Shown here: in pieces, positions 55,001-62,271 of the stretch | Layout: each line of letters starts with the position of its first letter | Numbering within the stretch: the first letter of the stretch is position 1 | Source: Candidatus Aenigmatarchaeota archaeon | GTDB lineage: Archaea; Aenigmatarchaeota; Aenigmatarchaeia; CG10238-14; SpSt-28 | NCBI GenBank assembly: GCA_039000725.1 | Contig: JAWBNO010000001.1 | Span: forward strand, 23,616-87,615 | Length of the DNA stretch: 64,000 bases | Direction of reading: 5' to 3' | Position numbers and translations under genes: made by a program | Notes under the pieces: generated by a model | Seen by the model: the letters and a program-made list of their open reading frames with translations, nothing else | The model's database searches: none | Told to the model about the DNA's origin: nothing

Positions 55001-56297
55001 GATTAAATGGTGGGGCATCTATAAATCTTGCTGATATCGCACCAACCTTTCCTGCTAATATTTCTAATAGTTGTCCAACTGTCATTCTGCTAGGTAGACC
55101 GTGTGGATTGAAAATTATATCTGGGATGATTCCACTTTCTGTGAATGGCATATCTGCAGGATCTGCAATTAGCCCTATAACTCCTTTCTGACCATGTCTT
55201 GATGCAAACTTATCTCCGATCTCCGGTTTTTTAAGATCTCTAACAACAACTTTAACCAGCTTGGTACCATCTGATGTTTGCGTTAAGTAAACTCTGTCTA
55301 CTATACCTTTTTCTCCATGCCTCATTCTTATGGAAGATTCTCTTAAATTTTCTGCTCCAATTAAGAATTTTTCTGTCTTACCCAAAAATCTTAAAGGAGA
55401 CGTTCTGCCTATTAAAACTTGATCTGAAGAAACATGAGTTTCTGGATTTACAATTCCATCTTCTGGCAAGTGTTTGTATTCTTCTTCACCGGCATAACCT
55501 CTTATACCCGGTTGTGGTATTCCAATAACATCTTGTTGTCCTCCCATGTAAATTTTTTCCTCAGCTTCATATGTTCTGAACATATAACTCCAAAACATAC
55601 CCCTTTCTAATGAGGCTCTGTTTATTATAATTGCGTCTTCGATATTGTATCCTTCAAATGTAGCTACGGCAATAACAACATTAATACCATGAGTATATTC
55701 ATTAGCTTTAGAAATCTTGTTAACATATGTCTGAACTAATGGTTTTTGGGAATATAATAATATGTTAGATTTGCTATCTACTCTGCTTAAAAAGTTGTGC
55801 GAAAATACTCCTATAGCTTGATCGTTCATTTTAGAACCATAATTTACTCTGTCTCCTCTATCAAACTCGGGATAGGGAACAAAAGAAGCAGAAAAACCAA
55901 AAATAACAGCTGGATCTATTTCTAGATGTGTATGCTCTTTTGTAACTTCATTTATATTAGTTGCTATATACGCGTTTTCTTCCTCTTCAGTATCTAAAAA
56001 CTCTATTATTCCATTTTTTACTAAATCAAAAAATGTCAATTCTCCTTTTTTAACTTTTTCTAAAATCTCTTCCGTTAATTTTGGCTTACCATTTTCAACT
56101 ATAATCAAAGGTCTAATAACTCTTCCGGCAGAAGATAAAATTCTAACTTCATCTAAATCTTTATGATAAGCAATATTTACTGTGTATGGAATCTTGCCTT
56201 CTCTTCTCAGCTTTCTAAATTCTTTAACAAAATTATCTGGATTTCCTATTCTTCCTAAGTATTTACCATCTAAAAACAAATCAGCCATTATTTTCAC
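51999..56297 (-). CDS. rpoB1-rpoA1: Single ORF fusing RNA polymerase subunit B' (C-terminal part of B, ~aa 1-597) to subunit A' (~aa 605-1432)
   Basis: The B' part contains GDKFASRHGQKG, FNPHGLPSRMTVGQ and a zinc site (CKECG...CP), and ends SYAFKLMLDELKSMLIYPKL. It continues in frame (VIDEEGKVNK) into the A' N-terminus IEFSILSPDIISKMS...RCRVCGGNIGECPGHFGH. The A' part also contains NADFDGDEMN. There is no stop at the junction. Confidence 0.8.
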   Translation of the reverse strand: MKIMADLFLDGKYLGRIGNPDNFVKEFRKLRREGKIPYTVNIAYHKDLDEVRILSSAGRVIRPLIIVENGKPKLTEEILEKVKKGELTFFDLVKNGIIEFLDTEEEENAYIATNINEVTKEHTHLEIDPAVIFGFSASFVPYPEFDRGDRVNYGSKMNDQAIGVFSHNFLSRVDSKSNILLYSQKPLVQTYVNKISKANEYTHGINVVIAVATFEGYNIEDAIIINRASLERGMFWSYMFRTYEAEEKIYMGGQQDVIGIPQPGIRGYAGEEEYKHLPEDGIVNPETHVSSDQVLIGRTSPLRFLGKTEKFLIGAENLRESSIRMRHGEKGIVDRVYLTQTSDGTKLVKVVVRDLKKPEIGDKFASRHGQKGVIGLIADPADMPFTESGIIPDIIFNPHGLPSRMTVGQLLEILAGKVGAISARFIDAPPFNPTKEEELREALKKLGFKESGKEIMYDGKTGRKFAVDIFVGCIYYMRLDHLVSNKIQARARGPVTLLTRQPTEGRSKEGGLRLGEMEKDCLLAHGAVLTLKERFDSDKVLLPVCKECGMVAVHDRIKNRYFCPIDGEKAEIVNVEMSYAFKLMLDELKSMLIYPKLVIDEEGKVNKIEFSILSPDIISKMSFAKITKIDIYDEEGYPIEGGIMDPRLGTIEPGLRCRVCGGNIGECPGHFGHLELVKPVIHPHYSKFIHFLLGITCRKCGRLLIEKEKLEELKKKKISWSKIDSYISKKCPYCKTEQKEIKFVKPYTFVEGNKVLNPIEIRERLEKITKEDLDIIGIKIRPEWLVITILPIPPVTVRPSITLETGERSEDDLTHKLVEIVRINDRFRENIELGAPEFLLNDLWELLQYHVATYIDNELTGVPPARHRSGRVLKALTQRLKTKEGRFRGNLLGKRVNFSARTVISPDPRIGVDEVGVPLVVAKELTVPIKVTPENIDEIRKYVLNGPNVWPGANYVIKPDGRRKKIMDSNKEDIAKEIDVGYIVERHLIDGDIAIFNRQPSLHRMSMMAHKVRVMPYQTFRINIAVCTPYNADFDGDEMNLHIPQNAEARAEIEILASVEKNIRSPRYSSAIIGLIRDEITGLYLLTKDGVRLRREDVVKLIRSIDQEVEIPNKEWFTGKEVFSLLLPKDFSIEYKGKTGMVKIENGQLLEGDIEKTGMSADGGRIIDKIEKIYGKQFAKEFIYKTAILGINYLDMIGLTFGLDELDIDKSVKLEIRKIIEKTEHEVNNVIEKFKKGELVTLVGKASEEFLENMIKEKIAQCVNEVTAVFEKAIRPSQVLDMIKCGSRGGMVNLLQIGALIGQEMIMGKRIERGYYKRTFPHFKLEDKSLAAKGFVSKGYKDGLNVFEFFFDNMNSRESLMDKSLKTRHSGYMERRLVGALQDLKVAYDGTVRDAANRIIQFMPGEDGLDPSKLSRGEINIREIARRVLNAA

Positions 56298-57771
56298 CTT
56301 TCATTAAATTCTTTATGATTGGAACCAATTGCTTTTCCTCTACTTCTGTAGTTATTGATGCTGAAATCGCTAAATATTTTCTTAAACCAATATTAGCACC
56401 CTCTGGTGTTTGTGTGGCACAAAGCTTTCCAAAGTGTGTTGGATGTAGCTCTCTCGCTTCAAAATGCTCCTGTGCTGAAGAAAGAGGAGAAACTACACTC
56501 CTCATATGAGTAATTGTCTTCGTCCAACTACTTCTTTCTAATCTTTGTGTAACTCCAGTCCTTCCTCCTATCCAAGTTCCGACTGCCATGGCAGAAACTA
56601 TTTGATTAGTTAGTATAGTACTTTCTACCACAGATTGTAATGGGGGCAATTTACCTTTTTTTGTTAGTTTTTGATAGTTGTAATTCATTCTAACCACCAA
56701 ACCCCATTTACCTAAAAGAATTGACCTTAATAGTAATTCCAACAAATCTCCAGACATTTTTATTCTTTTGTTTGAATAATGATCTACATCATCTTCTTCA
56801 ATTAATCCAAAGTGAAGTTTAATCATTTTTTCTATTGCTTTGGCTAAGAAAAATGCTTTAGTTAGTCTATTTTCAGGTTCTTGTCCTAAGTGAGGTAATA
56901 AATACTTATCAATCATTTTTATTGCTTGCTTTCTTCTTATACTTTTTTGTGGTATTTTTAAGAATTTTCCAAGCTCATCTATAGCTTCATTTGAATCTTT
57001 AATAGGATATTCTAAAACATTGACTAAAAATGCTTCTTGTATCTTTTCGTCCAAAGAAATAGCTTCTATCAAATCTTTGTCTCTTTCTAAACCAAGAGCC
57101 TTTAATATTATAACAATCGGTATTCTCAATACGTTTGCAAAAGTTATATAAATTTCTCCCGTCCTTTTTCTCTCAAGTAAATGTTTTTGAATGAAGCCTT
57201 CCTTTTCAGAATGAATTCTAGCTTTTTCTGTAATATTACCCTCGCTAGATTTTTCTACAATTATTCTATCTGTTGCGATTTCTTCTACCAACATCAATAT
57301 TCTTTCAGTACCATTAATTATGAAATATCCTCCTGGATCGTTTGGGTCTTCACCTGATTCAATCAACTCTTTTTCATTCATCTTAGAAAGAAAACAATAT
57401 TTTGATTTTACCATAATTGGTAAATCTCCTATTTCTACCATAATTGGCTTGCTTTCAATTCCATTCAAAATTTGAGTCATTTCTACGTACATAGGTGCAG
57501 CATAAGTCAAGTTTCTTATTCTGGCCTCAGAAGGTAATATTGGTCTAACTGAGCCGTCTGCTTCCTTAACTCTGGGATAACCTAATTCAAATTTTCCCAA
57601 CTTTATTTCTAGTTCGCCAACTTCTGGTAATTCCGGCTTAATTTTACCTATACTTTTTATTATTTTGGGTATTCTTCTTTCTACGAAATCGTTAAAAGAT
57701 TCTATTTGAAAATTAACCAAACCTTTTTCTTGTAAGTAAGATTTCATCAAAATAGTAAATGCCTCTTTCAT
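56281..57771 (-). CDS. rpoB2: DNA-directed RNA polymerase subunit B'' (N-terminal part of split B)
   Basis: 496 aa. Conserved segments are ARIRNLTYAAPMYV and GGYFIINGTERIL. It overlaps the next ORF by 17 nt. Confidence 0.9.
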   Translation of the reverse strand: MKEAFTILMKSYLQEKGLVNFQIESFNDFVERRIPKIIKSIGKIKPELPEVGELEIKLGKFELGYPRVKEADGSVRPILPSEARIRNLTYAAPMYVEMTQILNGIESKPIMVEIGDLPIMVKSKYCFLSKMNEKELIESGEDPNDPGGYFIINGTERILMLVEEIATDRIIVEKSSEGNITEKARIHSEKEGFIQKHLLERKRTGEIYITFANVLRIPIVIILKALGLERDKDLIEAISLDEKIQEAFLVNVLEYPIKDSNEAIDELGKFLKIPQKSIRRKQAIKMIDKYLLPHLGQEPENRLTKAFFLAKAIEKMIKLHFGLIEEDDVDHYSNKRIKMSGDLLELLLRSILLGKWGLVVRMNYNYQKLTKKGKLPPLQSVVESTILTNQIVSAMAVGTWIGGRTGVTQRLERSSWTKTITHMRSVVSPLSSAQEHFEARELHPTHFGKLCATQTPEGANIGLRKYLAISASITTEVEEKQLVPIIKNLMKGENNG

Positions 57772-58014
57772 TCAATCACCTTTTTCTATAACAACTCTGT
57801 AGTAAACTGTTTCACCGCCTATTTCACTTTTTCTAGTGATTTTTATAACATCTCCTGGCTTTGCTCCCAAAAGTTTAACTTGAGGGTCATTCGAAAATAT
57901 TCTAGGAAAATTTTTTAAAGATCCGTACTTCTCAATTAGTTCTTTCTTCTCTTCTTCACTAATAATTTCATGTTTTGGGACTAAAAAGTGGTTAGAAACG
58001 TCTATTTTTTTCAT
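57772..58014 (-). CDS. rpoH: DNA-directed RNA polymerase subunit H (Rpb5-like)
   Basis: 80 aa reading HFLVPKHEIISEEEKKELIEKYG...GDVIKITRKSEIGGETVYYRVV. It is first in the rpoH-B-A cluster, and GGTGGGTGA lies upstream. Confidence 0.9.
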   Translation of the reverse strand: MKKIDVSNHFLVPKHEIISEEEKKELIEKYGSLKNFPRIFSNDPQVKLLGAKPGDVIKITRKSEIGGETVYYRVVIEKGD

Positions 58015-58079
58015 TCACCCACCTGATTTAATATTATGTTGCCTGAAATTATAAATGATTTGAACATTTATAAATTTAT

Positions 58080-59102
58080 CTATAGGCCATATTTATAAAG
58101 AGTTGAATCTTCTGGCCTTACTATCCATCTTTCAATTGGTCTTTCTTTATTTTTAATTATAACTATTCTAGCGTGTTCGTCTTCATCCATATATTCAAAA
58201 AATTCTAAATAATCCATTAGTTTGAAACTCCATTTTTTCAAATCGTCCATTGTCAACATGTTATCTTCGCTTAATTTAGATTTGGAATACCCAACATGCA
58301 TATAGGATTTTATCTCTACAAAATGAGGATTAGCCCTTCTAATTAGATTTGCAAAATCTTTTATCTCTTCTATTTTATCATTTAGTCCCTTAATCAAAGT
58401 TATTCTAATTACTGTTCTTGTTTTAGTATTGGAAATAAAATTTAAAGTTCTATTAAATCTTTCCCAAAAATCTTTCATAAGTGGTAAGTTGACTTTTTTA
58501 AATGTTTCTATACTTCCTGCATTCATAGATAAATAAATCTGGGTTGGTAGTGAATTTTCTTTTTCCAGTTTTTCCAACATTTCTGGCTCTTGTCCATTAG
58601 TTACTAAAAATATAGATTTAGTATGAGGCAATATTTTTATATATCTTATCATTTTTGGTAATTTAGGATATAGTGTTGGTTCTCCCATTAAAGAAATTGC
58701 AAAATGTGTTGGAGTTTTTGACTCTTCATACAACTCTTTTATAACTTTATTATTACCACCAAAACCTGTTAATAGTTGGTTTCTTATTTTAATCAAGCTA
58801 TCAATTATTTCTTCTGGTTCATCAACTTTATCATCTTCCATTTTTATAGTCTCATAAAATTCTGTTGGTCTCCAACAATATACACATCTATTATGACAAT
58901 ATAAACCTGCTGGAGAAAACTCCATACATCGATGTGTTTCTACTCCAAAAAATTTTCTTTTGTAGCAAACTTTTTCTCCCTTGAGAGCTTTTTTAGTATA
59001 ATGGCATACATCTACTACAGAATGACCAAAAACTCCATACTGAGCTTTTTTCAGTCTCTTTTTAAATTCATCTCCGATTCTTAATTTTTCATTAACTTCC
59101 AT
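58080..59102 (-). CDS. taw1: Radical-SAM tRNA 4-demethylwyosine synthase (Taw1/TYW1)
   Basis: 340 aa with the radical SAM motif CHNRCVYCWR, upstream Cys residues, and GEPTLYP. Confidence 0.75.
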   Translation of the reverse strand: MEVNEKLRIGDEFKKRLKKAQYGVFGHSVVDVCHYTKKALKGEKVCYKRKFFGVETHRCMEFSPAGLYCHNRCVYCWRPTEFYETIKMEDDKVDEPEEIIDSLIKIRNQLLTGFGGNNKVIKELYEESKTPTHFAISLMGEPTLYPKLPKMIRYIKILPHTKSIFLVTNGQEPEMLEKLEKENSLPTQIYLSMNAGSIETFKKVNLPLMKDFWERFNRTLNFISNTKTRTVIRITLIKGLNDKIEEIKDFANLIRRANPHFVEIKSYMHVGYSKSKLSEDNMLTMDDLKKWSFKLMDYLEFFEYMDEDEHARIVIIKNKERPIERWIVRPEDSTLYKYGL

Positions 59103-59135
59103 AATCTATATAATTCTCAAATAAATTAACATATT

Positions 59136-59414
59136 ATGATGGAAGTCGTTAGAGTTGTGGTTTATGGTAAAGTACAAGGAATCGGATATAGAAACTTTGT
59201 AAAATCTTACGCAAAAATGTTAGGTTTAAAGGGATATGTTAGAAATCTTCCAAAAAATAAAGTAGAAGCTGTGTTTGCTGGAAAAAAGGAAGATATAGAA
59301 AAAATAATAGAAATAATGAAAACTTCTCATCCATTAGCAAGAATAACAAAAATTGAAAAGGAAAAATTAGATGTTCAAGAAATAAACTTTTTAGATTTTG
59401 AAATTCTTTTTTAA
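59136..59414 (+). CDS. acyP: Acylphosphatase
   Basis: 92 aa with VYGKVQGIGYRNF and GYVRNLPKNKVEAV. Confidence 0.85.
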   Translation: MMEVVRVVVYGKVQGIGYRNFVKSYAKMLGLKGYVRNLPKNKVEAVFAGKKEDIEKIIEIMKTSHPLARITKIEKEKLDVQEINFLDFEILF

Positions 59415-59440
59415 TTTTTTCATGATATTTAATTATAGGA

Positions 59441-59531
59441 TGCTCCCCTCGTCTAGCCCGGTCAAGGACACAGCCCTCTCGAGGCTGGAACGCGGGTTCA
59501 AAAGTCTCATGCTGAAAATCCCGCGGGGAGC
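59441..59531 (+). tRNA. tRNA-Glu (anticodon CUC) with a 16-nt insertion (putative non-canonical intron) in the T-loop
   Basis: Hand fold of the cloverleaf:
- Acceptor stem GCTCCCC/GGGGAGC (7 bp), discriminator A59531.
- D arm GTCT-AGCCCGGTCAA-GGAC.
- Anticodon arm CAGCC-CTCTCGA-GGCTG, with U33 and anticodon CTC at 59477-59479.
- T stem GCGGG/CCCGC.
- T-loop of 23 nt (TTCAAA + AGTCTCATGCTGAAAA + T) instead of 7.

It is the only GC-rich island in the region. Confidence 0.75.
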
Positions 59532-59593
59532 ATCCACTAATTATCCAATGCCCATACGTGGAGTATATAAGACGGTAGTTACAGGAAGAAAAT

Positions 59594-60796
59594 ATGGATT
59601 TATACAACAGAGAAAAGAAAATACAAAACCGATTAGAAAGCCTGAAAAATATAGATTTGAAAACATATGAAAAGATTTTAGAATTTGTAAAAAAGCTTGA
59701 GGCAAATAATTATTCAAAAGGAAGAATAGAAAAATATATCAATTTCTTAAAAACCTTAAGAAAACTCTTAGGTAAAGATTTCTCTGAAGCAACAAAAGAA
59801 GATATAGAAAGTTTAGTGATAAAGATAAACAACAATCCAAATTATTCTGAAACAACTAAATCCGACTTTAAAAAAATATTGAAATTTTATATGAGATGGC
59901 TTAAATTTGGAAGTTTAGAAGGAAATTATCCTGAAGAAGTTGCATGGATTAAAACAACTCTTAAGAAAAACAATGAAAAACCGCCTGAGCAAATTTTAAC
60001 AAAAGAAGAGATTGAGCTTATTGCTTCTCAAGGAAAAAATATAATGGAAAAAGCTTTTGTTTTATGTTTATATGAAAGTGGTTGTAGGATTAGTGAATTT
60101 CTCAACATAAAAATTAAAGATGTTGGTTTTGATGATTACGGTTGTTTTATTTTAGTTTCAGGAAAAACCGGGTGGAGAAGAGTCAGAATTTTAGATTATA
60201 GTAAAGAATTGCTTTTATGGTTAGATTCACATCCATTTAAATCAAATCCTGAAAGCTATTTATGGATAGATCCTAAAGATCAAAAAAGAATTTTACCAAA
60301 TGATGCTGAAAGATTGTTGAAAAAGTTGGGTAAAAAAGCTGGAATAACTAAAGCTTGTAATCCACATGCTTTTAGACATGCAAGAGCTACTCATCTAGCA
60401 AAAATATTGACTGAGCAACAATTAAAAGTATATTTTGGTTGGGCTAAAGATTCGAGAATGGCTTCAGTTTATGTTCATTTATCAGGAAATGATGTTGATG
60501 AAAGCCTATTAAAAGCAAAAGGAATAAAAGTTGAAAATGTGGAGAAAAAAGAAGTGAAAACTATTAAAGTATGTCAAAAATGTGGTGAAATAAATTCTAT
60601 ACTTTCTCATTTTTGTAAGAAATGTGGTTTTCCACTTGACTTAAACATAATTTTCGAAATTGAGAAAAAGAGGAAAATGTTGGAAGAATTGATTAGAGAT
60701 TTCTTCATTTATTATGCTGAAAGAGATAAAGATTTCAAAAAGATTTTCGTTAAATTTGTTAAAGAAAGGAAAGCTGAAGATTTATTTGAAATTTAA
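59594..60796 (+). CDS. Tyrosine recombinase/integrase with a C-terminal zinc-ribbon extension
   Basis: 400 aa. The catalytic signature is ESGCRISE (Arg), HAFRHARATH (H-x-x-R) and MASVYVHL (Tyr). A SAM-like domain sits at the N-terminus, and CQKCG...CKKCG follows the catalytic domain. Confidence 0.85.
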   Translation: MDLYNREKKIQNRLESLKNIDLKTYEKILEFVKKLEANNYSKGRIEKYINFLKTLRKLLGKDFSEATKEDIESLVIKINNNPNYSETTKSDFKKILKFYMRWLKFGSLEGNYPEEVAWIKTTLKKNNEKPPEQILTKEEIELIASQGKNIMEKAFVLCLYESGCRISEFLNIKIKDVGFDDYGCFILVSGKTGWRRVRILDYSKELLLWLDSHPFKSNPESYLWIDPKDQKRILPNDAERLLKKLGKKAGITKACNPHAFRHARATHLAKILTEQQLKVYFGWAKDSRMASVYVHLSGNDVDESLLKAKGIKVENVEKKEVKTIKVCQKCGEINSILSHFCKKCGFPLDLNIIFEIEKKRKMLEELIRDFFIYYAERDKDFKKIFVKFVKERKAEDLFEI

Positions 60797-60822
60797 AAAT
60801 TCTTGACAAAAAGTTTCACAAT

Positions 60823-61578
60823 TTAATCTTTTTGTTCAATTATTTTATCAAATAACTCTTTATTAGCAAAAAAAAGTTTAGTCTGAAAGAGGGACATTGA
60901 CGCCCATTTTTCAAATTCTGCACTAGAGTAAGGAAGTTTTAACAATTTTTCAATAATTCCATCAGGCAAGTTTAATATTTTTCTTACAAGATCAACATAT
61001 AATTTGAATTCCACCTCCTTATCCAAAATTTGTAATTTCTCTTTCATTTTTTCATAATTTTTAAGGATCTTTTCAACTCTAGATTTATCAATTTTTATCA
61101 ATTTATTAGCTTGGAATGAAGAAAAAATATCTAAACACATTTTAATTGTATCTCCAACCATTTGAATAATATTTCTTTCAAATTTTTCTCTAATCATTTT
61201 TTCAAATACACCGGCACTCAAGACACTCCAATCAACTTCACTAAACCATTTAGCTAAGAAATCTTTTTCTTCTTCTGTTAATCCTAAATTATAATACTCG
61301 TTAAATATGTCAACAAATTTTCTGAAATTGGGGTATAGAATTCTATAATTTTTTCCATTTATTTTTTCTCTTTTTGAAAGTACGATCCCTAATTTTTCTA
61401 ATTCATTTATTTTTCCAATAATACTACCGGCAAAAAGAACATTGTTGGGATATATAAGTTTTGTAATAGCAATTGGACCTAAAGGTTTTTCACCCATTTT
61501 TCCATCTTTATAAGTAAAGAGAATTAGCATAATTTTGCTTATAACTTCTCTTTTCAGGATCTCGACTTCACTTTCCAT
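60823..61578 (-). CDS. Hypothetical protein with an N-terminal wHTH-like segment (element-borne)
   Basis: 251-aa ORF. The segment SIIGKINELEKLGIVLSKREKINGKNYRILYP resembles a winged helix. No other family was recognised. Confidence 0.4.
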   Translation of the reverse strand: MESEVEILKREVISKIMLILFTYKDGKMGEKPLGPIAITKLIYPNNVLFAGSIIGKINELEKLGIVLSKREKINGKNYRILYPNFRKFVDIFNEYYNLGLTEEEKDFLAKWFSEVDWSVLSAGVFEKMIREKFERNIIQMVGDTIKMCLDIFSSFQANKLIKIDKSRVEKILKNYEKMKEKLQILDKEVEFKLYVDLVRKILNLPDGIIEKLLKLPYSSAEFEKWASMSLFQTKLFFANKELFDKIIEQKD

Positions 61579-61594
61579 AGTTTATATTTAACTC

Positions 61595-61671
61595 TGAGTT
61601 TATAAATTTTTTTACATTCCTGTTTAAGATATCTTAATCATTATAATATAAACGAAAAATTTATAAACTCA
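61595..61671. promoter_or_regulatory. Nested palindromes in the element's divergent promoter: a 17-bp perfect inverted repeat flanking a 14-bp palindrome
   Basis: TGAGTTTATAAATTTTT (61595-61611) and AAAAATTTATAAACTCA (61655-61671) are exact reverse complements. TTAAGATATCTTAA (61624-61637) is a perfect palindrome between them. Confidence 0.5.
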
Positions 61672-61689
61672 AAAAACACTATAAATAAT

Positions 61690-61836
61690 ATGGAGCGAGA
61701 AAAGTTTGTGGCTGTATATCTGAGCGAAACTGAAAGAAAAGAGCTCGAAAATAAAGCTAGAGAAGCAGGACTTCGACTGTCTTCATATATCAGAATGTTG
61801 ATCAAAACAGCCTTAAAATTAGAGGGGGAGATGTGA
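61690..61836 (+). CDS. Ribbon-helix-helix (CopG/Arc/MetJ-like) small DNA-binding protein
   Basis: 48-aa ORF, below the track cutoff: MEREKFVAVYLSETERKELENKAREAGLRLSSYIRMLIKTALKLEGEM. It shows a beta-strand/helix/helix pattern. Its stop overlaps the next ATG (TGATG). Confidence 0.55.
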   Translation: MEREKFVAVYLSETERKELENKAREAGLRLSSYIRMLIKTALKLEGEM

Positions 61837-61929
61837 TGGAAAATAAAATAGAAGAAGAGTGGGAAAAGTTAATGGTCACAAATAGCCCACTTTATAATCT
61901 CTTAAGGAGTTGGTGGGAGGAAAGCAAAG

Positions 61930-62271
61930 GTGACACCCAATATGGAAAATAAACCTTGTGATTTAAATATTCCAGAAGAAGTTGAACATTTTGCTTTATC
62001 TTTATTCAGAAGGTTGTGTGAATCAATTAGAAAGGAATACTTGATTTTTGAGAAAACGATTCCTTATTCCTTTGTGTGGTCCTTTTTTTCATTCTACAAA
62101 ATAGGTAGAACTGATGCTAAAAAAATAATAAAGCTTTGGATAGAAAAAAAACTTTGTGAATATGTGAAATTTAGTGGTATTCGCATTAATGAGAAAATTG
62201 CGAATGAAATTCTTAAATCCATGGTAAACAACGCGGCTTCTGAAAAGGTTGAGAAAAATGGAAGTGAATGA
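61930..62271 (+). CDS. Hypothetical element protein
   Basis: 113-aa ORF from GTG 61930, or 109 aa from ATG 61942. It overlaps the start of the downstream P-loop ORF. No family was recognised. Confidence 0.35.
   Translation: MTPNMENKPCDLNIPEEVEHFALSLFRRLCESIRKEYLIFEKTIPYSFVWSFFSFYKIGRTDAKKIIKLWIEKKLCEYVKFSGIRINEKIANEILKSMVNNAASEKVEKNGSE

Noticed and set aside
59437-59535. Flanking complementarity GGAT...ATCC extending the tRNA acceptor stem to 11 bp, and a possible encoded CCA
   Set aside because: The CCA at 59533-59535 is offset by one nucleotide from the discriminator, so it is not a genomically encoded 3' end. The extra 4 bp may be chance or a precursor feature, and I cannot evaluate it further.
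59239-59670. Track ORFs 59239-59607 (minus strand) and 59398-59670 (plus strand)
   Set aside because: Both run through the tRNA-Glu gene and overlap acyP or the integrase start. Their translations are low-complexity.
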